DNA of 64,000 nucleotides, taken from assembly GCA_017502975.1 (NCBI GenBank), contig JAFVTV010000037.1, positions 16,576-80,575 of the forward strand, written 5' to 3'. Below, in pieces: positions 1 to 9,985 of this stretch; position 1 is the stretch's first letter, and each line of letters begins with the position of its first letter. Source of the DNA: Clostridia bacterium (GTDB taxonomy: Bacteria; Bacillota; Clostridia; Oscillospirales; CAG-272). Both the position numbers and the translations under genes were made by a program. The notes beneath the pieces were generated by a model. It was not told where the DNA came from and searched no databases. It was given only the letters and a program-made list of their open reading frames with translations.

Positions 1-567
1 GTCATCGGCGATCTCAAACGCATTACCGAGAGTGATGCGTGTGTCGGATACCTGCTTGAGCTTTTCATTGGGAATTACAACCAAAGAATCTACATATTGA
101 CGCAGCTCCTTGATGCCCTGCTCTGCCTGCTCCATACGGCGCTTGCCCTCAAAGCTGAAGGGCTTGGTTACGATACCGATGGTGAGAATGCCCATTTCGT
201 GTGCAAGACGTGCAACGATGGGTGCGGCGCCCGTACCCGTGCCACCGCCCATGCCTGCTGTGACAAACACCATGTCGGCACCTGCAAGCATTTTCTTGAT
301 CTCGTCAATAGATTCCTCAGCAGCGCGCGCACCCACCTCGGGGTTAGCGCCTGCACCAAAGCCCTTGGTGATCTTTTCGCCAATCACCATTTGCACGGGC
401 GCCTCGGACTTGCGCAATGCCTGACGGTCGGTATTTACCGTAACGAATTCCACACCGCGGATATTCGCCGCGATCATGCGGTTTACGGCATTGTTGCCGC
501 CGCCACCGACACCGATCACTCGGATCACAACACCGCTTTCGCAGTTGTTATCGCGTTCAAACGTCAT
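1..567 (-). CDS. ftsZ: Cell division protein FtsZ (5' part; runs off window start)
   Basis: Not in the ORF track. Manual translation gives MTFERDNN...[15 protein letters not shown]...[14 protein letters not shown]...[18 protein letters not shown] at 567 with GGAGGA RBS. Confidence 0.97.
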   Translation of the reverse strand, partial: MTFERDNNCESGVVIRVIGVGGGGNNAVNRMIAANIRGVEFVTVNTDRQALRKSEAPVQMVIGEKITKGFGAGANPEVGARAAEESIDEIKKMLAGADMVFVTAGMGGGTGTGAAPIVARLAHEMGILTIGIVTKPFSFEGKRRMEQAEQGIKELRQYVDSLVVIPNEKLKQVSDTRITLGNAFEIADD

Positions 568-637
568 ATATGTATCCTCCATTATCTTGACCGCGTGTAT
601 TGCCACGCATTTTTTACGTCATGGTTATTTACTTTAT

Positions 638-666
638 ATTTTAATATACTTTCACTGTTTTTGCAA
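638..666 (-). promoter_or_regulatory. Putative sigmaA promoter of ftsZ
   Basis: TTGCAA-17bp-TAAAAT on the minus strand. Confidence 0.55.
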
Positions 667-739
667 GATGTTTTTTTAATTATTTTTAAAAAACAAAAGA
701 CAAGCATAGACAAATAGCGGAGAAATTTACATTTCCCCG

Positions 740-1831
740 CTATTTTCTTGCTGTAAGCCGCATGATATCCTCAAGGATAGATCGATTGGCATCGGGGTGA
801 GCAAATGCCTTAACTCGCCCTTCTATTTCCACGCGTCTGTCCTTGCTTTCAAGCAGATCAATTACTGTTTTTGTCAATCGATCTGCAATTTCATGCTCCT
901 CTATGAGCACTGCCGCACCCTGACGGTCAAGTGCCTTGGCGTTTTTTAACTGATGATCGCCCGTTACATTTGGCGAGGGCACAAGCACCGCGGCACGCCC
1001 CGCCATCGCAATTTCACTGATGCTCATCGCCCCTGCGCGACAAATCACCACCGTTGCCTCGCGCATACGTTTCGGCATATCGGATATAAACGGCATGATC
1101 TCAAGTCGCTTATCCCCGGCAAGCCCGCGTGCCGCAAGCTCTCGCGAAAAGGGCTCCCATTCGCGCTTGCCCGTGGCATGCACGTGATACACGTTCTCCA
1201 TATGGCTCGTTTGCTCCATCAGCTGCAGCACCGCCTCATTGATCGCAGGTGCGCCAAGACTTCCCCCAAAGGAAAGCACGATCCTTTTATGCGCCTGCTC
1301 TCGCTTCTCCTGCCTTTCCGCGCAAAAGCCGCGCGGCAGCGGATTGCCAACGGTAAGGCAGGAAGTTTTTTTAGGCAAATGCTCCCTTGCCGCATCAAAC
1401 CCAAGCCACACGCGCGAAAGTTTTGGCGCAAGCATGCGCACGGCAAGCCCCGGCAGGGCGTTGGATTCGTGCACGGCAGTAGGAATGCCGCGCGAGATAG
1501 CGGCGGAAAGCGCAGGATAACAGGCGTAACTGCCCGTACCGATAACAATATCGGGGGTAAACGCATCTATGATCGCCTTAGCCCCCTTTACCGCTTTCCT
1601 TAACAAATGCACCGTACGAAAAGCAGCCATTGGATTTTTGCGCGAGAGTCCCACCACCGAAAGCGTGCGTATGGGATATCCTGCGTCCTTGACCAGTGTA
1701 TTTTCCATACCGCCCTCGGTACCCACAAACAGGATCTCACACCCACTCACATTGCTTTTAAGCAGATCTGCAATGGCGATTGCAGGTGTGATATGTCCAC
1801 CCGTGCCGCCGCAAGTGATCATAACTTTCAT
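740..1831 (-). CDS. murG: Undecaprenyl-PP-MurNAc-pentapeptide GlcNAc transferase
   Basis: GGTGGH, HESN, GGSLGA, DHQLKNA motifs; dcw context. Confidence 0.96.
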   Translation of the reverse strand: MKVMITCGGTGGHITPAIAIADLLKSNVSGCEILFVGTEGGMENTLVKDAGYPIRTLSVVGLSRKNPMAAFRTVHLLRKAVKGAKAIIDAFTPDIVIGTGSYACYPALSAAISRGIPTAVHESNALPGLAVRMLAPKLSRVWLGFDAAREHLPKKTSCLTVGNPLPRGFCAERQEKREQAHKRIVLSFGGSLGAPAINEAVLQLMEQTSHMENVYHVHATGKREWEPFSRELAARGLAGDKRLEIMPFISDMPKRMREATVVICRAGAMSISEIAMAGRAAVLVPSPNVTGDHQLKNAKALDRQGAAVLIEEHEIADRLTKTVIDLLESKDRRVEIEGRVKAFAHPDANRSILEDIMRLTARK

Positions 1832-3018
1832 TTCTTTCTCCCCGTGCTATATCTTGATATCGAAAGCACGATCCCCATTTCAAAAATTTGTATAGCAAGA
1901 AAGGTACCGCCCGAGCTGAAAAAAGGCAAGGAAACGCCTGTGTTTGGCATGGAATTGGTTACAACGGCTATGTTAAGCGCCGCTTGCAGAGCAAGCTTTA
2001 ACGAAATGCCAAACACGGCAAGTGAGGAGAATTTATCGGGCGCGTGTGAGGCGATATAAAAGCCGCGCAGCACCAAAAGCAAGAACAGCACGATCACACC
2101 AAGCGCCCCAAAAAAGCCAAGCTCCTCACAAATAACAGTAAAAATAAAATCGTTTTGCGGCTGTGACACATATCCGTGCTTTTGCAGTCCCTCACCAAAT
2201 CCCTTACCGAATAGCCCACCCGATCCAATGGCATACAGCCCCTGCAAAGTCTGCCATGCGGCGCCAAGCGGATCGACCTCCTCTATATGTAGCCATGTAT
2301 CTACACGTACCTGTGCATATGAGGAAACCAGCACCAAAAGCACGCCTGCCGCCCCCACCGCCGCCGCCATGATACCAAGATATTTCAGGCGTGTGCCGCC
2401 AAGAAACATAACGGTAACGCCGATCATACCGATGATCAAAAGCCCCGAAATATGCTTTTCAGCAGCCACCAGCAAGCAAACAGCACCCATCAGTGCCCCC
2501 GGCAAAAGCACGCCGTAAAGGAAGCTGCCGCCACGCGGCTTGGTGGATGTGATCTTATCCTCGTATTTCGTCATCACAAGCGCAAGCATCAAAATAAGAG
2601 CGAGCTTGGCAACCTCCGAGGGCTGGATGGTAAGCGGACCGATCACGAGCCAGCGCTGTGCGCCACCCCCTACCGTACCGATAAGGAGCACAAGTATCAA
2701 AAGCGATAGCGCCCCCGCATACAGCGCAACACCAAAGCCGCGCCAAAAATCAGGCGTTGTGCAAAGCACAAAGGGTGCTGTTACCGCAACTGAGAGGATT
2801 GCAAACAATATATAACGCTTAAGAAAGTACAGGCTGTCACCGTAAAATTGCGCACCGTATATCGCGCTTGCACTGTAAGACATGGCAGTACCAAAGGCAA
2901 GCATCAGTAACACAAGTCCAAGAAAGTAAAAATCAATACTACCCCTTTGCTGGCGGTCAGCGGGCGGCGCCTGCTCCACTCCCCCGAAGCGCACAAGGAA
3001 TTCCTTCACTTTCTTCAT
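1828..3018 (-). CDS. ftsW: SEDS protein FtsW/SpoVE
   Basis: GAQRW, IQPSE, GSGG, NDFIF, GVSLPFFSSGG motifs; multi-TM. Confidence 0.92.
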   Translation of the reverse strand: MKKVKEFLVRFGGVEQAPPADRQQRGSIDFYFLGLVLLMLAFGTAMSYSASAIYGAQFYGDSLYFLKRYILFAILSVAVTAPFVLCTTPDFWRGFGVALYAGALSLLILVLLIGTVGGGAQRWLVIGPLTIQPSEVAKLALILMLALVMTKYEDKITSTKPRGGSFLYGVLLPGALMGAVCLLVAAEKHISGLLIIGMIGVTVMFLGGTRLKYLGIMAAAVGAAGVLLVLVSSYAQVRVDTWLHIEEVDPLGAAWQTLQGLYAIGSGGLFGKGFGEGLQKHGYVSQPQNDFIFTVICEELGFFGALGVIVLFLLLVLRGFYIASHAPDKFSSLAVFGISLKLALQAALNIAVVTNSMPNTGVSLPFFSSGGTFLAIQIFEMGIVLSISRYSTGRKK

Positions 3019-3021
3019 GCG

Positions 3022-4017
3022 CTATCCTCCCCAAAGCATAAGTGCACAGCACAGTGCCGTAACGGCGGCGAATATGCAGACGATAGCATTTTCCGAAAGC
3101 CCGCGCTTTTCAAAATGGTGATGCAAGGGCGCCATTAAAAAAAGACGCTTGCCGTGCGTAGCCTTAAAATACAGCACCTGCAGCACTACGCTTGCCGCTT
3201 CTATCACATAAATACCGCCCATGCCAAGCACCGTTAAGGGGCGCGCCGTCATAAGCCCCACGCCGGCAACGAGCCCACCGAAAAAAAGTGATCCCGTATC
3301 CCCCATAAAAACCTTTGCCGGGTGATGATTAAACACCAAAAAGCCGATTGACATGCCAAGGAGCAGTACACCAAAAAGAGAAAATACGCCCTCCCCCACG
3401 GCACTGCCGTAAAGCAGAAAAAATGCGGCGAGCACTGCCACGGTTCCGCTAAGCAAGCCGTCAAGTCCGTCTGTAAGGTTTAGTGCGTTCACGACACCCG
3501 TTAAAAACAGGAGCGATAGCGGATAGTAAAAAAAGCCAAGCTCAAGCGACTTCTCCGTGAACGGAATATCAATTGCAGTATCAACAAATCCAAGATAGCG
3601 TGCCACAAATAAAAAGCAGGCGGCAACCGCAAGCTGTAAAAAATACTTTTGCGGAGCTGAAAGCCCTTGATTTTCCTTTTTTACCAGCTTTTTATAATCA
3701 TCTATAAATCCAATTGCACCACAAAGCGTTGCAAATAATATAATAAGCACAATTGAAGTAAGCCGTTCCTGCTCACCATGCCGAAGCAGCAGTAAGGCAT
3801 AAAGCAAAAACACGGTGAGCAGCGCCATAATAAAGCTAAGTCCGCCCATGGTTGGTGTGCCCTCTTTTGCCATGTGCCACACGGGCCCAATCTTCAGGAT
3901 CGGCTGCCCCGCACGGTAGCGACGCAGCACGGGGATCAGAACACTTGCATAGATCATTGTAAAGAGCAGCACCGCCATAAAAAGTGCTGTATATGTGAGA
4001 ATATCCTCGGTTTTCAT
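3022..4017 (-). CDS. mraY: Phospho-MurNAc-pentapeptide transferase
   Basis: KEGTPTMGG, NLTDGLDGL, FMGDTGS, MAPLHHHFE. Confidence 0.97.
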   Translation of the reverse strand: MKTEDILTYTALFMAVLLFTMIYASVLIPVLRRYRAGQPILKIGPVWHMAKEGTPTMGGLSFIMALLTVFLLYALLLLRHGEQERLTSIVLIILFATLCGAIGFIDDYKKLVKKENQGLSAPQKYFLQLAVAACFLFVARYLGFVDTAIDIPFTEKSLELGFFYYPLSLLFLTGVVNALNLTDGLDGLLSGTVAVLAAFFLLYGSAVGEGVFSLFGVLLLGMSIGFLVFNHHPAKVFMGDTGSLFFGGLVAGVGLMTARPLTVLGMGGIYVIEAASVVLQVLYFKATHGKRLFLMAPLHHHFEKRGLSENAIVCIFAAVTALCCALMLWGG

Positions 4018-5411
4018 AGTTCCCTCCCAAGCACCTCGATCACACGCTCCAAAGCTGTTTTTCGACTTGCCTTAAACAAGACTGTAGCCCCACGCGGCAC
4101 CACCCTCAGCAGCTCTGCCACAAGCTCCTGCTCGCCGCCAAAAGGAAAGGCATGCACACGCTGCGGTGGCATACCGCCCCGCAAAGCCCCCTTTGCCATG
4201 ACCTCGCTGTAATTGCCGTAAGTAAATAGCTCTGAAATGCCGCTGTGTGCGGCACACTCTCCCACTGCATCGTGCAGTGTGTCGGCAAGCATGCCAAGCT
4301 CCCCCATATCCCCGAGAACTGCAGCACACGCTCCTTTGCTAAGATAAGCAAGCGTTTCGAGTGCCGTAACCATTGCCTCGGGAGAAGCATTATAGGTGTC
4401 ATCGATCACGTGCATGCCTGCAATTTGTAGCATTTTCATGCGCGGTGTGTGCTGTGCAGCCTGTAAAAGCCCTGACCTGACCGCCTCATCGGATAACCCG
4501 AAAAGGATGCCCACAGCGCCACCGATTGCAAGACATGACATGCCAATACTACCGGGAATATGCCATTTTAGCCCCGTTATACTGCGCTCACCGTGCCAAA
4601 GATCGGCACACACACCTTTTTTGCCGTTGATAATATTTTTCAGTTGAAAATCCGCACCCTCGCCAGCCCCAACACGCATCATGCGTGAGTGTACCCCCAA
4701 GCACGCATCATGGGGGATGCTGTCGGCAAGCAAAAAAATATCTTCGCCGCGTTGCCCTACGGCAAGCTTTAGCTTCTCTTGAAGCAGCTCTTTTGCATCA
4801 GCAAAATGACCGATATGCGCTGAGCCCACATTGGTAAGAACGGCAAGTTCGGGGGCAAGCATCTTTGCAAGAGGCTCCATTTCCCCCGCGTGATTGATGC
4901 CCACCTCCAAAACAAAATAGTCGGCATCCTCCATTTGAAGCAAAGAAAGCGGCATGCCTACGGTACTGTTAAAATTCCCTTCGCTTTTTCTCACCGTTCC
5001 CGCTTTTAAAAGCAACGATGCTATGATCTCCTTAACAGTCGTTTTTCCCGTGCTGCCGCTTACCGCCACCACCCTTGCTTTAGTAAGCCGTCGACGCATC
5101 CCTGCCGCCATAAGCAGTGCCCTTTCTATATTTTGCACGCGCAATACCCAATGGTTGCCCCCTAGAGGCGGCAGCTCCTGCTCGGTCAGCACGGCGGCGG
5201 CACCTCGTGACAGCGCCTCGGCAACAAAATCATTACCGCTATATCGCGCACCGCTAAGGGCTACAAACAGATCTCCCGCCTGCAATTCCTTGGTGTGCGT
5301 TGCAATACCGCTAATTTTCACGGGCGGCGTGCCCATGGCAACGGGTATTGAGCCAAGCGCCGCCGAAAGCGCACCAACCTCCTGCATAAGGGTAGCCAAC
5401 GAGATCCTCAT
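4014..5411 (-). CDS. murF: UDP-MurNAc-tripeptide:D-Ala-D-Ala ligase
   Basis: SGSTGKTT, GNFNS, DDTYNASP, LGDMGELG, KASR. Start placed at ATG 5411, which overlaps the murE stop (ATGA). Confidence 0.95.
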   Translation of the reverse strand: MRISLATLMQEVGALSAALGSIPVAMGTPPVKISGIATHTKELQAGDLFVALSGARYSGNDFVAEALSRGAAAVLTEQELPPLGGNHWVLRVQNIERALLMAAGMRRRLTKARVVAVSGSTGKTTVKEIIASLLLKAGTVRKSEGNFNSTVGMPLSLLQMEDADYFVLEVGINHAGEMEPLAKMLAPELAVLTNVGSAHIGHFADAKELLQEKLKLAVGQRGEDIFLLADSIPHDACLGVHSRMMRVGAGEGADFQLKNIINGKKGVCADLWHGERSITGLKWHIPGSIGMSCLAIGGAVGILFGLSDEAVRSGLLQAAQHTPRMKMLQIAGMHVIDDTYNASPEAMVTALETLAYLSKGACAAVLGDMGELGMLADTLHDAVGECAAHSGISELFTYGNYSEVMAKGALRGGMPPQRVHAFPFGGEQELVAELLRVVPRGATVLFKASRKTALERVIEVLGREL

Positions 5412-6877
5412 AGTGATCGCTCCTCTACCTTTTTTGCCATGCACGCGGCAACGATCTCTCTTTCAGAAAACGGCAGGCGATAGCGCCCCTTTATTTCATA
5501 TTCCTCGTGCCCCTTGCCCGCAAGCAGCAAAATATCGCCCCGTACCGCAGTATCCACAGCAAATGCGATCGCTTCTCGCCGATCTGCAATTATTTTATAC
5601 GGTTTTTCCTTATCTATACCCTTTAAAATATCTGCAATGATCGCGTTTGGATCCTCACCGCGGGCATTATCCGACGTAACGATCGTAAGATCGGCAAGCC
5701 GCGAGGCTATTCTGCCCATTTTACGGCGCTTGGTACGGTCGCGATTGCCGCCACAGCCAAACAGTAAAATAATGCGCTGATCGGCACGTCGAAACCTCCG
5801 CACGGTAAGCAGCAGCTTTTCGAGTGCATCAGGCGTGTGCGCATAATCAAGAAAAACGCTGATACCAAGCGTGTTTTCCCCTACACGCTCCATACGCCCC
5901 CGCACGCCGCCAAACGCGGCAAGGGCGCTTTTTACCGTTTCACCGTCAATGCCAAGAGAAAGCGCTGTCATAGCGGCAAGTGCCGCATTTTCTACACTGA
6001 AATCCCCCGGCACAGGCAAAAAAATATCAAGCGTGCCGTGCGCCCCCTCAAGTGAAAAGGAAACACCGCTGTCACCGTTTGCCACAACAGAGCGCACGTT
6101 GCTTCTGCCAACTGTAAAAAAGGGCACCTCAAGGCTATCGGCAAGCCGCTGTCCATAGGGTCCAAACAAGGAGATCACACCCATGTCACATTGCGCAAAG
6201 AGTTTTCTTTTTTCAAGATAATACGTCATCATATCGCCATGCAGATCAAGATGATCTGGCGTTAGATTGGTAAAAACGGCGCGCGCAAACCGAAGCGGCG
6301 CGGTTTTTTCAAAAAAGAGCGCGTGTGAGGTCACCTCCATTACAACAAACGAAGCACCCATACGCCGCATTTCGGCAAGCAGGCGGTAAAGCTCCGCGGG
6401 ATCGGGCGTGGTAAGATTAGCAAGCTTATCTGCATTTTTTGCCACCAACACTTCCCCACAGCAAGTGGCATTTACAGTACCGATCATACCGCACTTGTGC
6501 CCTGCCGCCTCAAGCACAGACACAAGCATGGCGGCCGTTGAGGTTTTTCCATTTGTGCCCGTGATACCAATAAGCGTAAGATCACGGGCAGGATGACCGT
6601 ACCACGCATCAAACAGCCGTGCCAAAGCTTGGCGAGCATTTTCAACCACAAGCATGGAAACACCCATTGCGCGCCGTTCCCCAACCACAAAGGCAGCCCC
6701 CCTTGACAGCGCCTCTCCGATATGTAAAAAGCCGTCTTGTGAAAGCCCTTTGATTGCAACGAACAGATCACCGCGCTTAACGCGCCTGGAATCTGACGTA
6801 ATACCACAGATTTCAATACCATTATCCTTTTCCTCGGCACAATACCCTGCCGAAGAAAGCAAATCCTTTAGTAGCAT
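5408..6877 (-). CDS. murE: UDP-MurNAc-dipeptide:meso-DAP ligase
   Basis: TGTNGKT, DHLDLH, DYAHTPD, DNAR (DNPR-like DAP motif), AGKGHE. Confidence 0.96.
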   Translation of the reverse strand: MLLKDLLSSAGYCAEEKDNGIEICGITSDSRRVKRGDLFVAIKGLSQDGFLHIGEALSRGAAFVVGERRAMGVSMLVVENARQALARLFDAWYGHPARDLTLIGITGTNGKTSTAAMLVSVLEAAGHKCGMIGTVNATCCGEVLVAKNADKLANLTTPDPAELYRLLAEMRRMGASFVVMEVTSHALFFEKTAPLRFARAVFTNLTPDHLDLHGDMMTYYLEKRKLFAQCDMGVISLFGPYGQRLADSLEVPFFTVGRSNVRSVVANGDSGVSFSLEGAHGTLDIFLPVPGDFSVENAALAAMTALSLGIDGETVKSALAAFGGVRGRMERVGENTLGISVFLDYAHTPDALEKLLLTVRRFRRADQRIILLFGCGGNRDRTKRRKMGRIASRLADLTIVTSDNARGEDPNAIIADILKGIDKEKPYKIIADRREAIAFAVDTAVRGDILLLAGKGHEEYEIKGRYRLPFSEREIVAACMAKKVEERSL

Positions 6878-6886
6878 GCCTGCCTC

Positions 6887-9124
6887 CTATTCTTTCTTTT
6901 GATCATACGGGAAATAAACTGTAATGGCAGTGCCAAGTGGCAATACCGTACCCGCTGCCGGATACTGCGCGGAAACGGTCTTATCCACCTTAAAATAATC
7001 CTTTGCGCCTTCTATCGTGATATTAAAGCCACTGTTGAGCAAAAGCTGATTTGCCGCACTCGCGGTAAGACCCACTACGTTTGGTACTGCTGCCTCAAGG
7101 CTTTGTTTTGACTCACCCAGCGTGAGCACCAACGAGGCGCCCTCCTGCAGAACCTTACTGCCTGCGGCGGGAAGCTGTGCTGTGACGGTATCTCCCTCAC
7201 CTACAAACTGATAGGAAAAGCCAAGTTCCGAAAGTGTTTTTTCCGCCTTGGAAACACTGTAACCCGTACAGTCGGGCACGGTAACGGTAAGATTTTCACG
7301 CTCCTGTTCGGTGTAAACAGGCTCAACGCCAAGGTAAGGCAAGACCGCTTCAAATACGTTGCCCACATAAGGCGCTGCCACCGCGCTACCGTATTTCACG
7401 GCACAGGTCGGCTCATCAACAACAATGATCACCGCAATTTCGGGATCATCAGCCGGCGCAAAGCCCACGCAAGAGCCGATACGGGCGCTCTTGTCATCGC
7501 CTATCTTTTCCGAGGTGCCTGTTTTTGCCGCCACGCGGTAGCCTGCCACATAGGCATTTTTAGCGCCACCCTCGCCCGAAACGCCGCCCTCCAGGATCTC
7601 GGCGATCGTATTTGCCGTTTCTTCACTGATGACACGTCTTTTTACTTTAGTTTCATGGCGGTAGACCTCATTTCCGTCAGCATCGGTAATGCTTTCCACC
7701 ACATAAGGTGTTAGCAGCTCACCACCGTTGGCAATGGCAGAGATCGCCGTGATCATTTGCAGGATCGACACCTTAAAGTTCTGTCCAAACGACGCTGTTG
7801 CAAGATCAAGCTCGGTAAAATTTGATTCGGCATGAAAAATAGAATTCCCCTCACCCGGCAGATCAATGCCTGTTTTTTCAAGCATGCCAAAAGAGCTGAC
7901 GTACTGATAAAAGCAGGTAGTGCCAATGCGCGCCGAGATAGTCATCATGACGGGATTACAGGAATTTTGCAGTCCCTCAGTAAAGGTAAGACTACCGTGC
8001 CCGCCCACCTTATGACAGTGGATCAAGCGATCTGCCACGGCAAGCGCCCCACTGCAAAAAAAGCGCTCCTCAAGATCGGTAACCGCACCCTCTTCAAGCA
8101 CCATCGAGCAGGTAAGCGCCTTAAAGGTAGAGCCCGGCATATAGATTTCGGTTACCGCCTTATTTGACCAACTCTCAAGCAGCAGTGCGTTTTTGCTTTT
8201 GGTATATTCCTCGGTACCTTCCCTTAGCCCCAAAGCCTTTAGCTCCGCCTCGGCATACTCGTTTAAAGTAAAGGGATCATTCAGATCAAATGTGGGAGCC
8301 GTTGCCATGGCAAGGATCGCGCCCGTGTTGACGTTCATTACTATACCGCACACACGGTTGGCTGCACCGCTTTCGATCATTGTTTTTTCAAGTTGGTTCT
8401 CAAGTACCGACTGCACATAAGCATCAATGGTGGTATGAAGTGTGCCGCCGTCGGTTGCGGGCACATATGCCTCATAGTTATTGGGAAGTTGGTTACCCGT
8501 GGAATCTCTTGCCGTAATATACGAGCCCGCTACCCCCGCCAAAACCGTATTATATTGCAGTTCAAGCCCGTAAAGCCCCTGCCCATCACTGCCTGTAAAG
8601 CCAAGCACCTGTGCGGCAAGGCTTTCGTATGGATAATAACGGTCACTGACGGCTTCCACGGCGATCATGTCATGAAAGCCATGCTCGCCAATAAATTGCA
8701 GCACCGCATTGGCAGTTGCGGTATCGGCTTCCTTGACCACGGTGCGGATGAGTTCCCCTTTGTGAGAAATGTGCTCGTGCACCTTTTCCTCGCTTACCCC
8801 CTCCAATAAGGAGGAAAGCCCTGCCGCAATGGTATTGGCAACGCCCTCCTGCGCCTTTGCTATGACGCTGGGATAAATTGAGATACGGTAAACCGTACGG
8901 TTGGTTGCCAGCACGCGTCCTGCGGCATCCAGAATCTCTCCCCGTGCCGCACGCACGGGTGATTCGGTGGTTAATTGATCGACCACCTTTTTTTGATAGC
9001 GCTCAAAATCCAAAAACTGAATCAAAAAAATGCGCACCGCCAAAAACAAAAACACCGCAAGCAAAAATGCTGCCACCACTGAGGAGCGCTTTAGCGTTTT
9101 GATGGAAAGCCCCGTTTTTTTCAT
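6887..9124 (-). CDS. Class B penicillin-binding protein with two PASTA domains (SpoVD/FtsI-like)
   Basis: RGEILD, PGSTFK (SxxK), SCN (SxN), KTGT; two C-terminal VPD/VPN PASTA repeats. Confidence 0.92.
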   Translation of the reverse strand: MKKTGLSIKTLKRSSVVAAFLLAVFLFLAVRIFLIQFLDFERYQKKVVDQLTTESPVRAARGEILDAAGRVLATNRTVYRISIYPSVIAKAQEGVANTIAAGLSSLLEGVSEEKVHEHISHKGELIRTVVKEADTATANAVLQFIGEHGFHDMIAVEAVSDRYYPYESLAAQVLGFTGSDGQGLYGLELQYNTVLAGVAGSYITARDSTGNQLPNNYEAYVPATDGGTLHTTIDAYVQSVLENQLEKTMIESGAANRVCGIVMNVNTGAILAMATAPTFDLNDPFTLNEYAEAELKALGLREGTEEYTKSKNALLLESWSNKAVTEIYMPGSTFKALTCSMVLEEGAVTDLEERFFCSGALAVADRLIHCHKVGGHGSLTFTEGLQNSCNPVMMTISARIGTTCFYQYVSSFGMLEKTGIDLPGEGNSIFHAESNFTELDLATASFGQNFKVSILQMITAISAIANGGELLTPYVVESITDADGNEVYRHETKVKRRVISEETANTIAEILEGGVSGEGGAKNAYVAGYRVAAKTGTSEKIGDDKSARIGSCVGFAPADDPEIAVIIVVDEPTCAVKYGSAVAAPYVGNVFEAVLPYLGVEPVYTEQERENLTVTVPDCTGYSVSKAEKTLSELGFSYQFVGEGDTVTAQLPAAGSKVLQEGASLVLTLGESKQSLEAAVPNVVGLTASAANQLLLNSGFNITIEGAKDYFKVDKTVSAQYPAAGTVLPLGTAITVYFPYDQKKE

Positions 9125-9143
9125 TTTTATCCCCTTTAAATAA

Positions 9144-9256
9144 AAAAATCCACATCAAGAAAGAATGGGCGCCAAGATCCGCTACAAACGGATCTCAGCG
9201 CCCAAGATGGCGACCGTTGCCGCGCATCTTTATTCTATTCTTGATATGGAATTTTT
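9144..9256 (-). other. Three-way-junction structured intergenic element
   Basis: Outer imperfect inverted repeat (9145-9166 / 9232-9255) encloses two hairpins (9167-9203, 9204-9230). Most mismatches are G-U pairs on the minus strand. Confidence 0.7.
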
Positions 9257-9263
9257 AGACCTT

Positions 9264-9944
9264 TTACCAAAGATATGCAAGTGCACGCAAAAATGCCTCA
9301 ATACCATTGTGCTCTTGCTCAACCTGATAGACCTCTGTTACATTCTCGTTGGCACAGGCAAGATAAGCCGCTGAAGTGCCTTTTGCTTCCCCCCCATCAT
9401 CCAGCAAGGAAACAGTTTGCATCTGCTCGCTTTGTGCGAGCTGAAGTTCAGTTGCCGCAACATCTGCCTCGCTGCGCTCAAGCATAACACCTGAAGCACC
9501 AAGCAGCGCAACAGACAAAACCAACATAAAAGCAAACATCATGTTTACCAGCACCATATGTGCCCTTGAAAAGCGCACACGGCAATTGAGTGCCATACCG
9601 CCCTCGCGTGCCTTTTCGCTTCTTTGCTTTTTGGCAATCTCACCGCTCTTTTCTGCCTTTTTTGCGGCATTGGAAAGCGCCTGGCGCATCGCACCGATAC
9701 GGTCACTGCCGCCATAGCGGCTATTGAAATAATCTACAAGATCACCCGCGGTAAGACTAACGCCACCATCGGGCTCATTGTTTAAATAATAAAACTCTGC
9801 AATATTTGAAGTGGGAGTATGATCAACGGCTCTTCCCCGAAGCGCCTTTTGCGTGCGATCATGGTAACGGCTGCGCAGTGCTTCGAATTGTTGCTTATAA
9901 TCATCTTGGAAATATACCTTATCGTACACCTGTGCTTGGTTCAT
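9264..9944 (-). CDS. Hypothetical membrane protein at the ftsL position (possible divergent FtsL)
   Basis: Lies between rsmH and the PBP; single TM (~aa 130-155) followed by a short coiled-coil-like segment; GGAGG RBS. Confidence 0.6.
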   Translation of the reverse strand: MNQAQVYDKVYFQDDYKQQFEALRSRYHDRTQKALRGRAVDHTPTSNIAEFYYLNNEPDGGVSLTAGDLVDYFNSRYGGSDRIGAMRQALSNAAKKAEKSGEIAKKQRSEKAREGGMALNCRVRFSRAHMVLVNMMFAFMLVLSVALLGASGVMLERSEADVAATELQLAQSEQMQTVSLLDDGGEAKGTSAAYLACANENVTEVYQVEQEHNGIEAFLRALAYLW

Positions 9945-9985
9945 GATGCAGCCTCCTTTTCTTTGATTTCTTTCCTTTACACAGT

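Noticed and set aside
97-717. 206-aa plus-strand ORF
   Set aside because: It is antisense to ftsZ, which the ORF track missed because it runs off the window edge.
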